Counted from the first letter of the stretch, positions 9,862 to 21,099 are shown. The stretch: DNA of 64,000 bases from Ignavibacteriota bacterium (GCA_963801355.1 CAWDEM010000008.1:448001-512000), one strand, 5' to 3'. The notes: a model not told the origin generated them from the sequence alone. Numbers and translations are program-made.

Positions 9862-10345
9862 ATCTCATGTGCCCCGCATCGGGTTCGGGTACGATGTGCA
9901 CCGGCTTGTGGACGGCCGGCGGCTCGTGCTGGGCGGCGTAGAGATACCTTCGACGATGGGTCTGGAGGGGCACTCTGACGCCGATGTGCTTGTGCACGCC
10001 ATTTGTGACGCGTTACTGGGGGCCGCGGGACTGGGGGACATCGGCGAGCACTTTCCGAATACGGATCCGCAGTACCGGGACATCTCCAGCCTGACATTGC
10101 TCGGCCACGTCGGCAGGCTTCTTGATGCCCGGGGATACGCGCTGGTCAGTATTGATTCCACCGTGATACTGGAGCGACCGAAGATTCTACCGCATGCAAA
10201 GGCTATGTGTGCGGCCATCGCGGGCACGCTCGGTGTCTCTCCCGCGCTCATTTCGATCAAGGCTACGACGAGCGAAGGGCTAGGCTTCGTAGGCCGGGGT
10301 GAAGGTGCAGCAGCCCATGCCGTGGCCGCAATCGTGCACTCCTGA
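9848..10345 (+). CDS. ispF: 2-C-methyl-D-erythritol 2,4-cyclodiphosphate synthase
   Basis: RIGFGYDVH, GHSDADV..HAICDALLGA, KATT.E.LGF. Confidence 0.97.
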   Translation: MKSAESHVPRIGFGYDVHRLVDGRRLVLGGVEIPSTMGLEGHSDADVLVHAICDALLGAAGLGDIGEHFPNTDPQYRDISSLTLLGHVGRLLDARGYALVSIDSTVILERPKILPHAKAMCAAIAGTLGVSPALISIKATTSEGLGFVGRGEGAAAHAVAAIVHS

Positions 10346-10377
10346 CCGGCGACCCGACTCAACCACGAGAGAAGGCG

Positions 10378-10995
10378 ATGCAGGAATTTTTCCAGTACCT
10401 CAACACTATCGACCCGCTCGTCGTCTATGGACTGATGCTCGGGCTCGCCCTTGTGGAAAACATTTTTCCACCCTCACCGAGCGACATGATGATCATTGCG
10501 GCCGGGTCGCTCGTCGGATTGGGAAGGTTGGATTTTTTCGCAGCGCTCCTCAGTGCGACAGCCGGGAGCACGCTCGGGTTCATAATCATGTACAAGATCG
10601 GCGATTGGTTCGGGGACCACATCCTGGAGCAGGGGAAACTGAAATTCATCCCCATTGAGGCAGTGCATAAAGTGGAGAAGTGGTTCGCGCGCTACGGGTA
10701 TGCCGTCATCGTGGTCAACCGGTTTCTCACGGGCACCCGCGCTGTGGTGTCGTTCTTCGCCGGGATGTCCGAATTGAAACTGACGACGACGACAGTGCTC
10801 TGTGCGGTGAGTGCGCTCGTCTGGAACGCTGTGCTCATCGGCATCGGGTACTACCTCGGCCACAACTGGGATCGCATCAACCTGCTGCTGCACACCTACA
10901 GTCAGGCCGTGACGGCGATTGTGATCATCGTCGTCATTCTCCTCGTCGCGCGCTACGTTCTTGGCCGGCGCAAAACCGGTGCAGGCCAGGCATGA
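10378..10995 (+). CDS. DedA family membrane protein
   Basis: ENIFPPSPSD, GSTLG, NRFLTGTR...FFAGM. Confidence 0.9.
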   Translation: MQEFFQYLNTIDPLVVYGLMLGLALVENIFPPSPSDMMIIAAGSLVGLGRLDFFAALLSATAGSTLGFIIMYKIGDWFGDHILEQGKLKFIPIEAVHKVEKWFARYGYAVIVVNRFLTGTRAVVSFFAGMSELKLTTTTVLCAVSALVWNAVLIGIGYYLGHNWDRINLLLHTYSQAVTAIVIIVVILLVARYVLGRRKTGAGQA

Positions 10996-11603
10996 TCGAG
11001 TTCCTGTACACTCTGGACGTCGCCGTCTTTCACTTCATCAACGGGGCATTGAGCACCGCGGCCGGAGATCTGTTCTGGCCCGCCGTCACGGATTATGATA
11101 AGATCCTTGCTGTACGCATTGTCCTTGTCGCCGTCTGGCTCTGGCTCATGATCAAAGGGGGGAAGCGCGGGCGCACCGCGGCACTGCTGCTGGTAGTGGT
11201 GATTGTGTGCTCGGACCAGATCAGCAGTTTTGTGGTGAAGCCGCTCGTGCAGCGACCGCGTCCCTGCCACCTGGTCGACGGAAGACCCGCGGTTGCGGAC
11301 GTTCACCTTCTGGTCGGATGCGGCGGCGGAAAATCGTTTCCTTCATCGCATGCGGTCAACAACTTTGCCGTGGCCACGGTCTTTGCCCTCTACTATCGCC
11401 GCTGGCGTTATGCCTTCTATGCCTGGGCGGCACTGGTCGCCCTCTCGCGGGTATTCGTCGGGGTGCACTATCCTTCTGATATTCTCGGCGGCGCGCTGAT
11501 CGGCGGCATCGTTGCCCTCATGATCGTCGCCACCTGGCGCGCAGTGGCACGCCGCTGGCTCCCCGCGCTTGCGGTCGACATTCCGGCTCGGGATACGGCA
11601 TGA
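10992..11603 (+). CDS. PAP2 family lipid (undecaprenyl-PP) phosphatase
   Basis: KPLVQRPRP, FPSSH, SRVFVGVHYPSD; ATG at 10992 overlaps the dedA stop (ATGA). Confidence 0.9.
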   Translation: MIEFLYTLDVAVFHFINGALSTAAGDLFWPAVTDYDKILAVRIVLVAVWLWLMIKGGKRGRTAALLLVVVIVCSDQISSFVVKPLVQRPRPCHLVDGRPAVADVHLLVGCGGGKSFPSSHAVNNFAVATVFALYYRRWRYAFYAWAALVALSRVFVGVHYPSDILGGALIGGIVALMIVATWRAVARRWLPALAVDIPARDTA

Positions 11604-13261
11604 GCACGGCCGAACGACATACGGAGCGCCGCAGGATGTACCTGCTTGCGGTATTGTCGGGAGTGTTGCTGGGACTCTCATTCCCACCGTTTCCTCTCGG
11701 GCTCTTTGCCTGTGTCGGCCTGGTGCCTCTGCTGATTGTTCTGAACGCGTTTCCCCATCCGAAGCAAACCTTCCGCTTCATGTACGTTGCGTTGTTCGTG
11801 TTTCATGTCATCACGCTGAATTGGACGGGCGACTATGTCGAGGCGAACGATGTCTACATGATGATCGCCGGGGCGGTCACCATGGTCGTTCATCCTCTCT
11901 TCTACTTCCTTCCGCTCGGGGCGTACGTCGTCATCCGCCGCCATCTGGGCGAACCGGTGGCGCTCACCGCACTGCCATTTGCCTGGGTCGGGTACGAGTA
12001 TACTCACTCCCTTACCGAATGGTCGTTTCCATGGCTGACACTCGGCAACAGCCAGTCGTATGACATAGGCAGGATTCAGTTCATCGAGTGGACCGGGGTG
12101 TTCGGGGTGTCCTTCTGGGTGCTGGTGCTGAATGTGCTGGTCTACCTCATTGTGCGGGCACTTCTGGAGCGGCGGTCCTTGCGGTCACGTCCGGTCATCC
12201 TGCCCTCGTTGCTGCTCGTTGTGCTGGCGCTGATTCCCTCATTACACGGGTGGATAGTGCTGCAGGGGGAAGAGCAGGAGAGCTCCCGGGAGCGCGATTC
12301 CATTGCGGTGGGCATCATACAGACAAATATCGATCCCTGGGACAAGTGGAGAGCGAACGGCTACGCCACCGTTGACCTGTACATGCGCATGACCCGGGCA
12401 CTGGTGGAGAGTACTGCATCCTGCAAACCAGATCTGGTGCTCTGGCCGGAGACCGCCTTTCCGTTTGACATCATGAATCCCGCGAACAGTGATCTGCTTG
12501 CCTCACTGCAGCATCAACTGGGCGTGTGGGATGTCAGTGTGTTGACGGGCCTACCTCACAAGGTGTCGTACACCGACACACTTGCGGCGCCGCCAAGCGC
12601 GCGGCTCAACACCACCACCCGGGAAAGGTACGATTGGTACAACGCGGCATCATTGATCCAATCCTCCGGAGACCCCCCGACCTGGTACGGGAAGATGAAA
12701 CTCGTCCCATTTGCTGAACGCGTCCCTTATGCGGATGCGCTCAGATTCGTGGACTTCCTGCGGTGGGATGTGGGCATCGGAGGCTGGCAAATCGGTCCTG
12801 ATACCAGCGTGTTTGTCGACCGGCGCACGGGTGCCCGGTTCAATGCGCTGATCTGTTATGAGTCCACCTATCCCGGTTTCGTCGCCGCGTTTGTCCGCAA
12901 GGGTGCGGAGTTTATCACTCTGATCACCATCGACAGCTGGTGGGACCATATGTCGGGAGCGTACCAGCATCAGCAGATTGCGATCTTCCGAGCAATCGAG
13001 AACCGGCGCTGGATTGCGCGATGCGCCGTCGGAGGTATTTCCTGTTTCATTGATCCATACGGACGGGTGTACGATGCGACGGAATTGTTCACCACCAGGG
13101 CGCTCTGCCGCCAGATCGAACGGCGGACCGGCTTGAGTTTTTACACGCGGCACGGCGACTGGCTGGGAGAAATATCATTCTGGGTGGCGCTGATACTGGT
13201 CGCTGCCGCGATGGGGCAGGGCTTCTTAACAAAACAACGCAGGCAACTATGGCAGGCATGA
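11600..13261 (+). CDS. lnt: Apolipoprotein N-acyltransferase
   Basis: FPWLTLG, catalytic triad WPE / [10 protein letters not shown] / LICYE, RAIENRR. Confidence 0.93.
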   Translation: MSTAERHTERRRMYLLAVLSGVLLGLSFPPFPLGLFACVGLVPLLIVLNAFPHPKQTFRFMYVALFVFHVITLNWTGDYVEANDVYMMIAGAVTMVVHPLFYFLPLGAYVVIRRHLGEPVALTALPFAWVGYEYTHSLTEWSFPWLTLGNSQSYDIGRIQFIEWTGVFGVSFWVLVLNVLVYLIVRALLERRSLRSRPVILPSLLLVVLALIPSLHGWIVLQGEEQESSRERDSIAVGIIQTNIDPWDKWRANGYATVDLYMRMTRALVESTASCKPDLVLWPETAFPFDIMNPANSDLLASLQHQLGVWDVSVLTGLPHKVSYTDTLAAPPSARLNTTTRERYDWYNAASLIQSSGDPPTWYGKMKLVPFAERVPYADALRFVDFLRWDVGIGGWQIGPDTSVFVDRRTGARFNALICYESTYPGFVAAFVRKGAEFITLITIDSWWDHMSGAYQHQQIAIFRAIENRRWIARCAVGGISCFIDPYGRVYDATELFTTRALCRQIERRTGLSFYTRHGDWLGEISFWVALILVAAAMGQGFLTKQRRQLWQA

Positions 13262-14295
13262 AGATTGACCTACGGAGCGACACCGTCACGCGCCCATCCG
13301 AAGAAATGCGACGGGTCATGGCAGCAGCCGAAGTGGGAGACGATGTGTATGGCGAGGACCCGACCGTGAACAGGCTGCAGGAACGGGTCGCCGAGCTTCT
13401 GGGAAAAGAAGATGCGCTGTTCGTTCCGAGCGGCACGATGGGGAACCAGGTCTGCATAAAAGTGCACACGCAGCCGGGCGATGAAGTGATCGCCGACAGC
13501 AATGCGCACGTGTTTCAGTACGAGACCGGGGGTGCGGCGTTCCTTTCGAACGTGCAGATCCATACCGTGCAAGGAGCGAAGGGGATTCTCAGCGCGGAAT
13601 TGGTGCGCTCCGCGATCAGGCCCGACATCTACTACATGCCCCGTACCCGGCTGGTCTGCCTGGAGAATACACACAACCGTGCGGGGGGGACGATATACCC
13701 ACTCCAGGTGATTGCGGAGATCGCTGCGGTCGCGCAGGAGCATGACATGCGGGTGCATCTGGATGGGGCGCGGATCTGGAATGCGAGTGTCGCCACGGGG
13801 ATCGCTCCCGTCACGTTTGCGCGTCCGTGTGATTCAGTTTCCGTCTGTCTCTCGAAGGGACTCGGAGCGCCGGTGGGGTCGGTCGTCGCGGGCACGCGCG
13901 GATTTATCGAGGCGGCACGGCATTTCCGGAAACTCTTCGGGGGCGGCATGCGGCAGTCAGGCATCCTTGCGGCGGCGGGGCTGTACGCGCTGGAACACAA
14001 CATCGAGCGCCTGGGCGAGGATCACGAGAAAGCCCGGATACTCGCGGAAGCACTCGCCGGTGCAAAGGGGTGCACGCTGGATCCCGGTTCCGTGCAGACC
14101 AACATCATCATCGCTGACATCGGTGGTACGGGTTGGGGAGCAACGAAAACGGTCGAAATGCTCAAAGCCAGCGGGATTCTCGTGGGAGAGGCGGGGAAAG
14201 ACCGGATTCGTCTGGTGACACATCTGGATGTGTCCTTCCAACAGGTTCGCCACGCAGCGAAGATAATCAGGGAGGTATTTGCCGGCTCGACTTGA
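13258..14295 (+). CDS. ltaE: Low-specificity L-threonine aldolase
   Basis: [35 protein letters not shown]. Confidence 0.95.
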   Translation: MKIDLRSDTVTRPSEEMRRVMAAAEVGDDVYGEDPTVNRLQERVAELLGKEDALFVPSGTMGNQVCIKVHTQPGDEVIADSNAHVFQYETGGAAFLSNVQIHTVQGAKGILSAELVRSAIRPDIYYMPRTRLVCLENTHNRAGGTIYPLQVIAEIAAVAQEHDMRVHLDGARIWNASVATGIAPVTFARPCDSVSVCLSKGLGAPVGSVVAGTRGFIEAARHFRKLFGGGMRQSGILAAAGLYALEHNIERLGEDHEKARILAEALAGAKGCTLDPGSVQTNIIIADIGGTGWGATKTVEMLKASGILVGEAGKDRIRLVTHLDVSFQQVRHAAKIIREVFAGST

Positions 14296-14320
14296 TTTTT
14301 ACTGTTTGATGTTGTATACT
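14292..14320 (+). promoter_or_regulatory. Sigma70 promoter of the rimP-nusA-infB operon
   Basis: TTGATT-17 bp-TATACT in an AT-rich gap. Confidence 0.65.
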
Positions 14321-14341
14321 GTTAAGGTTTGTGTTGTAGAT

Positions 14342-14368
14342 ATAGCCCAATTTGGGCTATTTTTGTTT
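14342..14368 (+). terminator. rimP leader attenuator-like hairpin
   Basis: ATAGCCCA-att-TGGGCTAT followed by TTTTGTTT, between the promoter and the rimP start. Confidence 0.65.
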
Positions 14369-14385
14369 GATATGTACAGCAGTGT

Positions 14386-14841
14386 ATGCACATCCCTGAC
14401 GAACTACGCGGTATTGTGGACGAGAGCGCACGTGCGTGCAATGCACACGCCATCGACCTTGTTCTTCGCGGCGACCATCGTCGGCCGGTGGTAGAAGTGT
14501 TTGTCGACGCAGAAGGGCCGGTGACGGCGGACCTCTGTTCAGAGATAAGCAGGCGCATTGCGGCCGGGATCGAGGCCGGGGGATTTCTGCCGGAGACATA
14601 CCGGCTCGAGGTTTCATCGCCTGGAATCGACAGGCCGTTGCAGCATCCGTGGCAATTCCGCAAGCATTGCGGACGCAAGCTTCATGTACAGCTGCAACCG
14701 TCCGGCGGGCCTGCCGGCGAAGTCCGCGGAACACTGCAGTTGGCGGATGATGAGGGAATACTCGTGCGCACTGTCGACGGCGTGGAGACGCGTATCTCCT
14801 ATGCCGCGATTCACGAAGCGAAAGTGATGCCACCCTGGTAA
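14386..14841 (+). CDS. rimP: Ribosome maturation factor RimP
   Basis: VEVFVD...C..ISR, YRLEVSSPGIDRPL; directly upstream of nusA. Confidence 0.95.
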   Translation: MHIPDELRGIVDESARACNAHAIDLVLRGDHRRPVVEVFVDAEGPVTADLCSEISRRIAAGIEAGGFLPETYRLEVSSPGIDRPLQHPWQFRKHCGRKLHVQLQPSGGPAGEVRGTLQLADDEGILVRTVDGVETRISYAAIHEAKVMPPW

Positions 14842-14885
14842 GTCAGAGGGTGGGCAATGTGTTTACTCTATTGAGGAGGTAATGA

Positions 14886-16271
14886 ATGAATTCCGAGATT
14901 GTCGAATCGTTCGCGCAGATGGTCCGCGAAAAAGGAATCGACAAGGACATTTTGGCGGGGGTCGTCGAAGATGTCTTCTCCATGATGGTGCGCAAGAAGT
15001 ACGGGCAGGATGCGAAGTTCGATGTCGTGGTCAACATGGACAAGGGCGACATTGAAATCTTTCTGGAGCGCGAGGTGGTGGAGACGGTGGAGAATCCGAC
15101 CACGCAAATCGACGTGGAAACGGCGCGCGAAGTGTCGGGAGAAACGCTCGAAGTGGGGGAGGACTTCGTGGAGGTTGTGCCCCTGGTCACATTCGGACGT
15201 CGCCTGGTGGTGAGCGCCAAACAAAATCTGAACCAGCGTATCAAAGAAATTGAACGCGAACAAGTCTTCAACGAATACAACAGCACGATCGGCGACATCA
15301 TTGTCGGTGAAATTTACCAGCTGCGCCGGAACGAGATCCTGGTCAACCACAACCGGAATGAACTGATCCTTCCCAAAAGCGAACAGATTTTCAAGGAGCG
15401 GTACAAAAAGGGAGAGACCATCAGGGCTGTGGTGAAGGAAGTGCGTCGGAACAACGGGAACCCCGCCGTGATTGTCTCGCGGGCGGACCCCTCGTTTCTG
15501 TCAAAGCTGTTCGAAATGGAGATCCCGGAGATCTATGACGGCATCATTGAGATCAAGCGGATCGCCCGTGAACCCGGCGAGCGCGCCAAGGTGGCCGTGG
15601 AATCGCACGATGACCGCATCGATGCGGTCGGTGCGTGCGTCGGGATGAAGGGCGTTCGCATACACACCATTGTGCGGGAGCTGAACAACGAAAACATCGA
15701 TGTCATCAACTACAGCGATGTCCCTGAAGTCTTCATTGCCCGTTCCCTCGCGCCGGCAAAGCTGAAGAGCGTCGAACTGGACAAAGAGCACAAGACCGCG
15801 AACGTCCTGGTGAGTGCGGATCAGGTTTCCCTGGCTATCGGGCGGAACGGACAGAATATTCGTCTCGCCAGCAAGCTGACAGGGTTTGAGATCACGCTCA
15901 TCAAGGAAGGTGGCGACGAGGACGAGTACGATATTGAACTGGTGGATTTCAAGCCCGAGCTCGGCGAAGAATTGTATATGAAGCTGATCGAAGCCGGTTT
16001 GGAGACGGCGAAAGATGTGTTGAGCGCAAGCATGGATTCATTGCTGGCGATCGAAGGATTCACGGAAGAACGGATCAAGGAAGTGCGTGACATGATTCGC
16101 CGCGATCTCGATGAAGCCGAAGTGGAAGAGGAGGAGGCTGCGGAGGATGGGAAGCCTATCATGACGGCGACGCCGGATGATCGTCCTCCGTCCGAAACCG
16201 CCCCGGTGCCACCTCCGGCAGTTCCGCCGGCAGGGACCGCCGATTCTGAAGAAGCGCCGAAGAACTCGTAA
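14886..16271 (+). CDS. nusA: Transcription factor NusA
   Basis: FGRR, S1 domain, KH domains AREPGERAK, GACVG.KG.R, AIGRNGQN. Confidence 0.98.
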   Translation: MNSEIVESFAQMVREKGIDKDILAGVVEDVFSMMVRKKYGQDAKFDVVVNMDKGDIEIFLEREVVETVENPTTQIDVETAREVSGETLEVGEDFVEVVPLVTFGRRLVVSAKQNLNQRIKEIEREQVFNEYNSTIGDIIVGEIYQLRRNEILVNHNRNELILPKSEQIFKERYKKGETIRAVVKEVRRNNGNPAVIVSRADPSFLSKLFEMEIPEIYDGIIEIKRIAREPGERAKVAVESHDDRIDAVGACVGMKGVRIHTIVRELNNENIDVINYSDVPEVFIARSLAPAKLKSVELDKEHKTANVLVSADQVSLAIGRNGQNIRLASKLTGFEITLIKEGGDEDEYDIELVDFKPELGEELYMKLIEAGLETAKDVLSASMDSLLAIEGFTEERIKEVRDMIRRDLDEAEVEEEEAAEDGKPIMTATPDDRPPSETAPVPPPAVPPAGTADSEEAPKNS

Positions 16272-16280
16272 AGGAGTCGC

Positions 16281-19085
16281 ATGTCCGAAACTGCAGAAAA
16301 AAGGAAAAAGCTGTACAAGGTTGCAACGGAACTCAATCTCTCTCACGAGACGCTGATCGAGTTCCTCCGGAAGAAGGGACATGAGGTCAAAAGCCACATG
16401 TCGTCGGTAGATGACGCCATGATGCGCGATATCCTCATTCACTTCAAGAGGGACAAGGACGTTGCGGAGAAGCACCAGCGGAAGATTCAGGAAATCCGTG
16501 AGACGAAGAAGCGTGCCGAGCGGAAAGCGGTAGAGGAACATGCAGAGCCGGCCGGCAAACCAGCAGCCGCGGAGCTTGAAGCGAAGCAGGTGACGCCGGA
16601 AGCCGAAGTCACCCGGCCGGAGGTGGAGGTGGCTGCGCCGGCTGAAGGAGCGACGCTGGAGCCTGCGGTGGCAGAGGTTGAGGTTGCAGCCGCTGAGGTT
16701 TCCGTGGCGAAGCCCGAAGTGGCGGGTGGCGAACAGCCGCCGGTCGAGGAGGAAGTGGCGGGAGGGGTTACTGCCGGGGCTCCCGTGGATGAGGAAGAAC
16801 CCGGAGAGCCGCTTGCTGCGGAGCAGGCGGTGGTGGAGCAAGAGGCAGGGCCGGCGCGTGCGAGGGAAAAGGGGAAGAAGACCGAACCGCGTTCGCCGCT
16901 CGAAATCGAGAAGGATCGCCGCGGAAAGATCGGATTGACGATCAAAGGGAAAATGGACCTTGCGCCAAAGAAGCCCGCTCCGGGCCGTGGGGGCAAGGCT
17001 GCCGCCAAGGGTGCGGCTGCACCCGCAGCGCCGTCTCCGGCGGAAAGCGACGAGCACAAGAAGAAGAAAAAGAAGAAACACCTTGCCGCAAAGGACGTCC
17101 CGGAGATCAAGCCGATTGATACCGAGGAGGCCGCCGGCGACAAGAAACGAAAGAAGAAAAAGAAGCTCCGGCACAAGGAAGTCAACCAGACCGATGTCAA
17201 GGACGCCATCCGCCGCACCTTCGCGTCCATGGACGAAACGGCCGTCAGCGGCCGGGCGGTCTACAAGAAGCGGAAGCGGAAGGAACGCGAAGAAGAGGAG
17301 GCCCGCGCCGAAGAAGAAGCACGCCGCGAATCCGGCATCGTGAGGGCCACAGAGTTCGTCTCCGTGAACGATCTTGCGAACCTGATGCGGGTCAACGTCG
17401 CCGAGGTTATCAAGAAGTGCATGGAACTCGGTATTATGGTGTCCATCAACCAGCGTCTTGACAAGGATACGATCACCCTCGTCGCAGACGAATTCGGGTT
17501 CCAGGTGGAATTCGTCTCGGGTATTGAAGACGCGGACGAGATTCCCGACATGGTCGATCCGGAAGAATCGCTGCGGAGACGGGCTCCCGTGGTCACGATC
17601 ATGGGGCACGTCGATCACGGCAAGACCTCGTTGCTGGACTACATCCGCCGTACGAATGTGGTCTCCGGCGAAGCCGGTGGGATCACACAGCATATCGGTG
17701 CGTACGAGGTCACTTCTCCGTCCGGGAGCAAGATCACATTTCTGGATACTCCCGGTCATGAAGCGTTCACCGCCATGCGTGCACGCGGCGCTCAGATCAC
17801 TGACATCGTCGTGCTCGTCGTTGCGGCCGATGACAGCGTCATGCCTCAAACACTGGAGGCCATCAGCCATGCGCGCGCGGCTTCCGTGCCGATCATCATC
17901 GCGATCAACAAGACCGACAAGCCGGATGCCAACCCGGAGCGGATCCGCCAGCAGCTCTCGGAGCGGGACATCCTCGTGGAAGAGTGGGGCGGCAAGTACC
18001 AGTGTGTCGAACTTTCTGCGAAGACCGGCAAAAATGTGGACCTGCTTCTCGAGAAGATTGCCCTCGAGGCGGAAGTCCTTGATCTCAAGGCGAATCCCGA
18101 CCGGCTCGCCTATGGCACGATCGTCGAAGCCCAGCTCGACAAGGGGAAAGGCATTGCCGCCACCATTCTGGTGCAGAAAGGGACGCTGCATGTCGGCGAC
18201 CCGTTCATCGGGGGCATCTACAGCGGCAAGGTGCGCGCGATGTACGACGAGGGTGGCAATCGACTGGAAACAGCCGGACCTTCATGTCCGGTGCAGCTGA
18301 CCGGTCTGGACGGCATCCCGCAGGCCGGCGACACATTTATCGTGATGGATTCTGACCGTTCTGCCCGAGAAATCAGCATCCGGCGCCAGCAACTGAAGCG
18401 GGAGCAGGATTTCCGCCAGGTACGGCTCACGACGCTGGATGACATCTCGGCGCAGATCAAGGACGGGCAGGTGAAGGAGCTGGGCGTCATCGTCAAGGGG
18501 GACGTGGATGGTTCTGTGGAAGCCCTTGCAGACTCGCTCATGAAGATCCAGCACAAGGAAGTGAAGCTGCGCGTCATTCACAGTGGAGTCGGGACAATCT
18601 CCGAATCGGATGTGATGCTCGCCACTGCATCGGGGGCTGTCATCATCGGGTTCCGGGTGCGTCCGAACCTGAATGCCCGGCGCCTTGCAGAGAAAGAAAA
18701 AGTCGATATCCGGATGTACAGCATCATTTACGACGCTATCGAGGATGTGCACAAGGCACTTGAAGGCATGCTCTCTCCCGAAAAGAAGGAAGAGATCATG
18801 AGCACGGTGGACATCCGGGCGGTCTTCAAGGTGCCGAAGGTGGGCAACATCGCCGGTTGCTATGTGCAGGACGGGAAAATCGTGCGGAACCACCGGGTGC
18901 GGCTTGTCCGCGACGGCATCCAGGTGTATGAAGGGACGATCAGCTCGCTGAAGAGGCTGAAAGATGACGTGCGCGAAGTGGAAGCAGGTTTCGAGTGCGG
19001 CATTGGTCTCGATAACTTCAACGACCTGAAGGTCGGCGATACCATCGAGTCGTTCCGCATCGTCGAAAGCAAACGGAAACTCTGA
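16281..19085 (+). CDS. infB: Translation initiation factor IF-2
   Basis: GHVDHGKT, DTPGHEAF, NKTD, KGDVDGSVEAL, ECGI. Confidence 0.99.
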   Translation: MSETAEKRKKLYKVATELNLSHETLIEFLRKKGHEVKSHMSSVDDAMMRDILIHFKRDKDVAEKHQRKIQEIRETKKRAERKAVEEHAEPAGKPAAAELEAKQVTPEAEVTRPEVEVAAPAEGATLEPAVAEVEVAAAEVSVAKPEVAGGEQPPVEEEVAGGVTAGAPVDEEEPGEPLAAEQAVVEQEAGPARAREKGKKTEPRSPLEIEKDRRGKIGLTIKGKMDLAPKKPAPGRGGKAAAKGAAAPAAPSPAESDEHKKKKKKKHLAAKDVPEIKPIDTEEAAGDKKRKKKKKLRHKEVNQTDVKDAIRRTFASMDETAVSGRAVYKKRKRKEREEEEARAEEEARRESGIVRATEFVSVNDLANLMRVNVAEVIKKCMELGIMVSINQRLDKDTITLVADEFGFQVEFVSGIEDADEIPDMVDPEESLRRRAPVVTIMGHVDHGKTSLLDYIRRTNVVSGEAGGITQHIGAYEVTSPSGSKITFLDTPGHEAFTAMRARGAQITDIVVLVVAADDSVMPQTLEAISHARAASVPIIIAINKTDKPDANPERIRQQLSERDILVEEWGGKYQCVELSAKTGKNVDLLLEKIALEAEVLDLKANPDRLAYGTIVEAQLDKGKGIAATILVQKGTLHVGDPFIGGIYSGKVRAMYDEGGNRLETAGPSCPVQLTGLDGIPQAGDTFIVMDSDRSAREISIRRQQLKREQDFRQVRLTTLDDISAQIKDGQVKELGVIVKGDVDGSVEALADSLMKIQHKEVKLRVIHSGVGTISESDVMLATASGAVIIGFRVRPNLNARRLAEKEKVDIRMYSIIYDAIEDVHKALEGMLSPEKKEEIMSTVDIRAVFKVPKVGNIAGCYVQDGKIVRNHRVRLVRDGIQVYEGTISSLKRLKDDVREVEAGFECGIGLDNFNDLKVGDTIESFRIVESKRKL

Positions 19086-19086
19086 C

Positions 19087-19452
19087 ATGTCCATTCGCAC
19101 ATCACGGGTTGCGTCACTGATCAAAGAAGAAATCGGCGAGATTCTCACACGGGAGTACAGTTCTGCGCCGTACGGCTTCACCACGGTGACGGATGTCACG
19201 GTCACCGGGGACCTCCGCATCGCCAAAGTGTATTTCAGCGTCATGGGGACGCCGGAAGTGCAGCGGAAGACGATGGAGATGCTGGAGGGGGAGCGGGGTC
19301 ATATCCGGGGCATCGTAGGCTCCCATCTCCGGATGCGCTTCGTCCCTGAACTGCAGTTCTTTCACGACACGACGATGGACCGCGTGGACCGGATCAACAC
19401 ATTGATCCGCGAGATCCACAGGAAAGACGATGAGCCCAAGCAGACCCAGTGA
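19087..19452 (+). CDS. rbfA: Ribosome-binding factor A
   Basis: RTSRVASLI, TVTDV.VTGDL..AKVY, MRFVPELQF. Confidence 0.95.
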   Translation: MSIRTSRVASLIKEEIGEILTREYSSAPYGFTTVTDVTVTGDLRIAKVYFSVMGTPEVQRKTMEMLEGERGHIRGIVGSHLRMRFVPELQFFHDTTMDRVDRINTLIREIHRKDDEPKQTQ

Positions 19453-20140
19453 CGCAAGGTTCAGCGATGTCCCGGGCGAGGTGCTTCTGATTGACAAGCC
19501 ATCCGGGTGGACATCGTTTGACGTTGTGAATAAGCTACGCCGCGCGGCGGGTGGGCTCAAAATGGGCCATGCCGGCACCCTGGATCCGCTGGCAACGGGG
19601 CTGCTCATCATTTGCACGGGCAGAAAACGTAAAGAAATGGAGCGGTTCACCGGGCTGGACAAGGAGTATCTGGCCGGGATCGTCCTCGGGGTACGAACAC
19701 CGAGTCACGATACGGAGACGGAGCCAATCGAGCAGCGAAGCACGGACGGGGTGACCGAAGAGCGTATTCAGGCAATTCTGGAGGGATTCATCGGTCCGCA
19801 AATGCAGACCCCCCCGATGTGGTCTGCGGTGAAAGTCGGCGGAAAAAGACTGTATGAACTGGCGAGAAAGGGGGTCGACATTGACCGGCCGTCTCGCCAG
19901 ATTGTTGTGCACTCTATCGCAATCGTGGAATGCGCCGTCCCCCGGCTGGTCGTGCGCATTGCCTGTTCGAAGGGCACGTATGTGCGATCCCTGGTCAACG
20001 ACATCGGCGAGCGTCTCGGGTGCGGTGCAAGCGTGAGCAGTCTCCGCCGGACCAGGATAGGTCCGTACAGTGTTGATGAAGCCTCCGGCATTCCCCAGGC
20101 GGCGGCATATCTGGAGGGCAGTCTCGCTCGAAGTCTATGA
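19430..20140 (+). CDS. truB: tRNA pseudouridine(55) synthase
   Basis: DKPSGWTSFD, GHAGTLDPLATG, CSKGTYVRSL. Confidence 0.97.
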   Translation: MSPSRPSDARFSDVPGEVLLIDKPSGWTSFDVVNKLRRAAGGLKMGHAGTLDPLATGLLIICTGRKRKEMERFTGLDKEYLAGIVLGVRTPSHDTETEPIEQRSTDGVTEERIQAILEGFIGPQMQTPPMWSAVKVGGKRLYELARKGVDIDRPSRQIVVHSIAIVECAVPRLVVRIACSKGTYVRSLVNDIGERLGCGASVSSLRRTRIGPYSVDEASGIPQAAAYLEGSLARSL

Positions 20141-21099
20141 ACGTCATCCGTTCTTTAGAGGATATCCGCCACGTCAAGAACTCGGTGGTCACCGTCGGCA
20201 CGTTCGACGGCGTCCACCTGGCGCACCGGGAAATCATCCGCGAGGTGGTGAACCGGGCGCGTATGCGGGAAGGACGGAGTGTGGTGATCACTTTTGATCC
20301 ACACCCGAAAACCGTGGTGGCGTCCTCGCGCGGCCCTGTGGAGCTGCTTTCGACGCTTGGTGAACGGATTGCCATGATCGGCGAGATGCACGTCAGTGAT
20401 CTCATTGTTATTCCGTTCAACTTTGAATTTTCACGCATCAGCGCGACGACGTTTTACCAGAACTACATAGGCCGACTGATCGGGGTGAGCGAGGTTATCG
20501 TCGGCCATGATCACATGTTCGGACGGGATCGCGAGGCGGGAACGGAGGATCTTATAGCGCTGGGAAGATTGCTCGACTTTTCGGTGTTGGCTGTACATCC
20601 TCTCGCGCTCGATGGCCAGCCGATCAGCAGCACGCTCATCCGCCGTGCGTTGAACAGCGGCGATCTGGAGCGTGCAGAACGGATGCTGGGATACCCGTAC
20701 AGTCTCACCGGCAGGGTGGTTCAGGGCGACCATCGGGGCCGGGCGCTGGGGTTTCCGACGGCCAACCTGGTCGTGCAGGAACAGGGCAAGCTCGTGCCCG
20801 CCGACGGCGTCTATCTCGTGGGGGTGCAGGTGGCCGGTGTGCACGCGTTCGGCATGATGAACATCGGAGTGCGCCCGACGCTGACTGCAGGGGACTATCG
20901 CATACTCGAAGTTCATATTCTCGACTTTGATCGTGAAATCTACGACGAAACAATCACTGTGACATTCCTCCGCCGTCTCCGGGATGAGCACAAGTTCGGA
21001 TCGGTGCAGGAGCTGGTGGCGCAGCTTAACCGGGACCGGGACGCGGCGCGTCAGGCCCGCATCGGTGTGAAGTATTCTCCAACACAACGCAAGGAGTAA
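20137..21099 (+). CDS. ribF: Bifunctional riboflavin kinase/FAD synthetase
   Basis: [30 protein letters not shown]. Confidence 0.97.
   Translation: MNVIRSLEDIRHVKNSVVTVGTFDGVHLAHREIIREVVNRARMREGRSVVITFDPHPKTVVASSRGPVELLSTLGERIAMIGEMHVSDLIVIPFNFEFSRISATTFYQNYIGRLIGVSEVIVGHDHMFGRDREAGTEDLIALGRLLDFSVLAVHPLALDGQPISSTLIRRALNSGDLERAERMLGYPYSLTGRVVQGDHRGRALGFPTANLVVQEQGKLVPADGVYLVGVQVAGVHAFGMMNIGVRPTLTAGDYRILEVHILDFDREIYDETITVTFLRRLRDEHKFGSVQELVAQLNRDRDAARQARIGVKYSPTQRKE

Noticed and set aside
17055-17170. AAG-rich repeats in infB
   Set aside because: Lysine-rich low-complexity linker, typical of IF-2 N-termini
16038-18191. 717-aa antisense ORF (and similar ones at 34698-36419, 31813-33057, 46162-47265, 49137-50270, 55580-56782)
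   Set aside because: Mirror frames of conserved high-GC genes (infB, ctaD, actF, glnA, tnaA, mutS2) with no recognisable motifs
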